From Octopus sinensis (Eukaryota): a stretch of 64,000 nt of DNA. Each line of letters starts with the position of its first letter. Position 1 is the first letter of the stretch. This document shows positions 63,567 through 64,000 of this stretch, one piece after another. The stretch covers positions 14,818,001 through 14,882,000 of the forward strand of contig NC_042998.1 of the NCBI RefSeq assembly GCF_006345805.1. The letters run 5' to 3'. The notes beneath the pieces are model-generated. The model was not told the DNA's origin. It searched no databases and saw nothing but the letters and a program-made list of their open reading frames with translations. A program made the translations under genes and the position numbers.

Positions 63567-63672
63567 GATGCTGAAACTGCAATAAACACCATGAATGGAC
63601 AGTGGCTGGGCAGTAGGCCAATCAGGACAAATTGGGCCACTCGGAAGCCGCCTGCTCCAAGTCAAAAAGACA
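63567..63672 (+). CDS. TIAL1: TIA1/TIAR coding exon: RRM2 C-terminus ([35 protein letters not shown])
   Basis: Acceptor taatatag|, donor |gtaagt at 63673; 106 nt, phase 0 to 1; resembles human [32 protein letters not shown]. Confidence 0.96.
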
Positions 63673-64000
63673 GTAAGTAAATATACTAAATTTTTGTTTG
63701 TACTTTTTACTGTTACTGTTTCATATATATGCATGCACATACATACATAAACATACCTATATACACTGAATTGGTGTAAAAATAAAAGTGATAATTAAGA
63801 GCTCAGTTATTATCATGTCATTAAAAGTCCAGCAGTGGCAGTTTTTCTCGTTAACACAATATTCATGATAATTTTAATTCTGTCTTAGTTAAAATACATT
63901 TAATAGTGTTTACCTTAATGAAAAATCCCTTTATCACCCTGAATAAACTACGTGTGCAATTCGTGCTTTTCTGCACTCTCCCCCCTTTCTCCATCGATTT

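Larger units (their letters stand above)
16240..63672 (+). other. TIAL1: Partial TIA1/TIAR-family (nucleolysin TIAR-like) gene: span of four in-frame coding exons; gene probably extends beyond both window ends
   Basis: Exons of 58, 88, 76 and 106 nt with AG/GT boundaries and compatible phases (1, 2, 0, 1) join into a continuous reading frame matching the TIA1/TIAR RRM1 end, linker and RRM2. Invertebrates generally have one TIA1/TIAL1 orthologue, so the symbol is nominal. Confidence 0.95.

Noticed and set aside
63558-63740. Minus-strand 60-aa ORF overlapping the last exon
   Set aside because: Antisense shadow of the real coding exon.

Overview
AT-rich, intron-dominated animal genomic DNA, most likely octopus or another coleoid cephalopod (inferred from the tRNA-derived SINE families and microsatellite content). 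The only host gene visible is a + strand TIA1/TIAR-family (nucleolysin) RRM gene. Four constitutive coding exons (16240-16297, 47610-47697, 54811-54886, 63567-63672) splice in frame to [109 protein letters not shown], i.e. the end of RRM1, the linker and all of RRM2. The gene probably continues beyond both window edges. Introns hold several SINE families, TTAA-flanked piggyBac-type MITEs, LINE remnants and microsatellites. Most notable: (1) two different short retroelements carrying minimal Penelope-type hammerhead ribozyme motifs, one an intact G3-C8 covariant core (42939-42989, minus) and one fused to a tRNA-like Pol III head in a head-to-head inverted insertion (27301-27769); (2) a frame-preserving 21-nt microexon (17699-17719) at the position of vertebrate TIA1 exon 5; (3) candidate stop-containing poison exons with weak donors followed by U-tracts (51095-51708), suggesting TIA-type autoregulation; (4) three candidate alternative first exons that would give RRM1-less isoforms. 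Almost all ORFs in the supplied track are artefacts of repeats or low complexity. All splice and ribozyme calls are by eye and untested.
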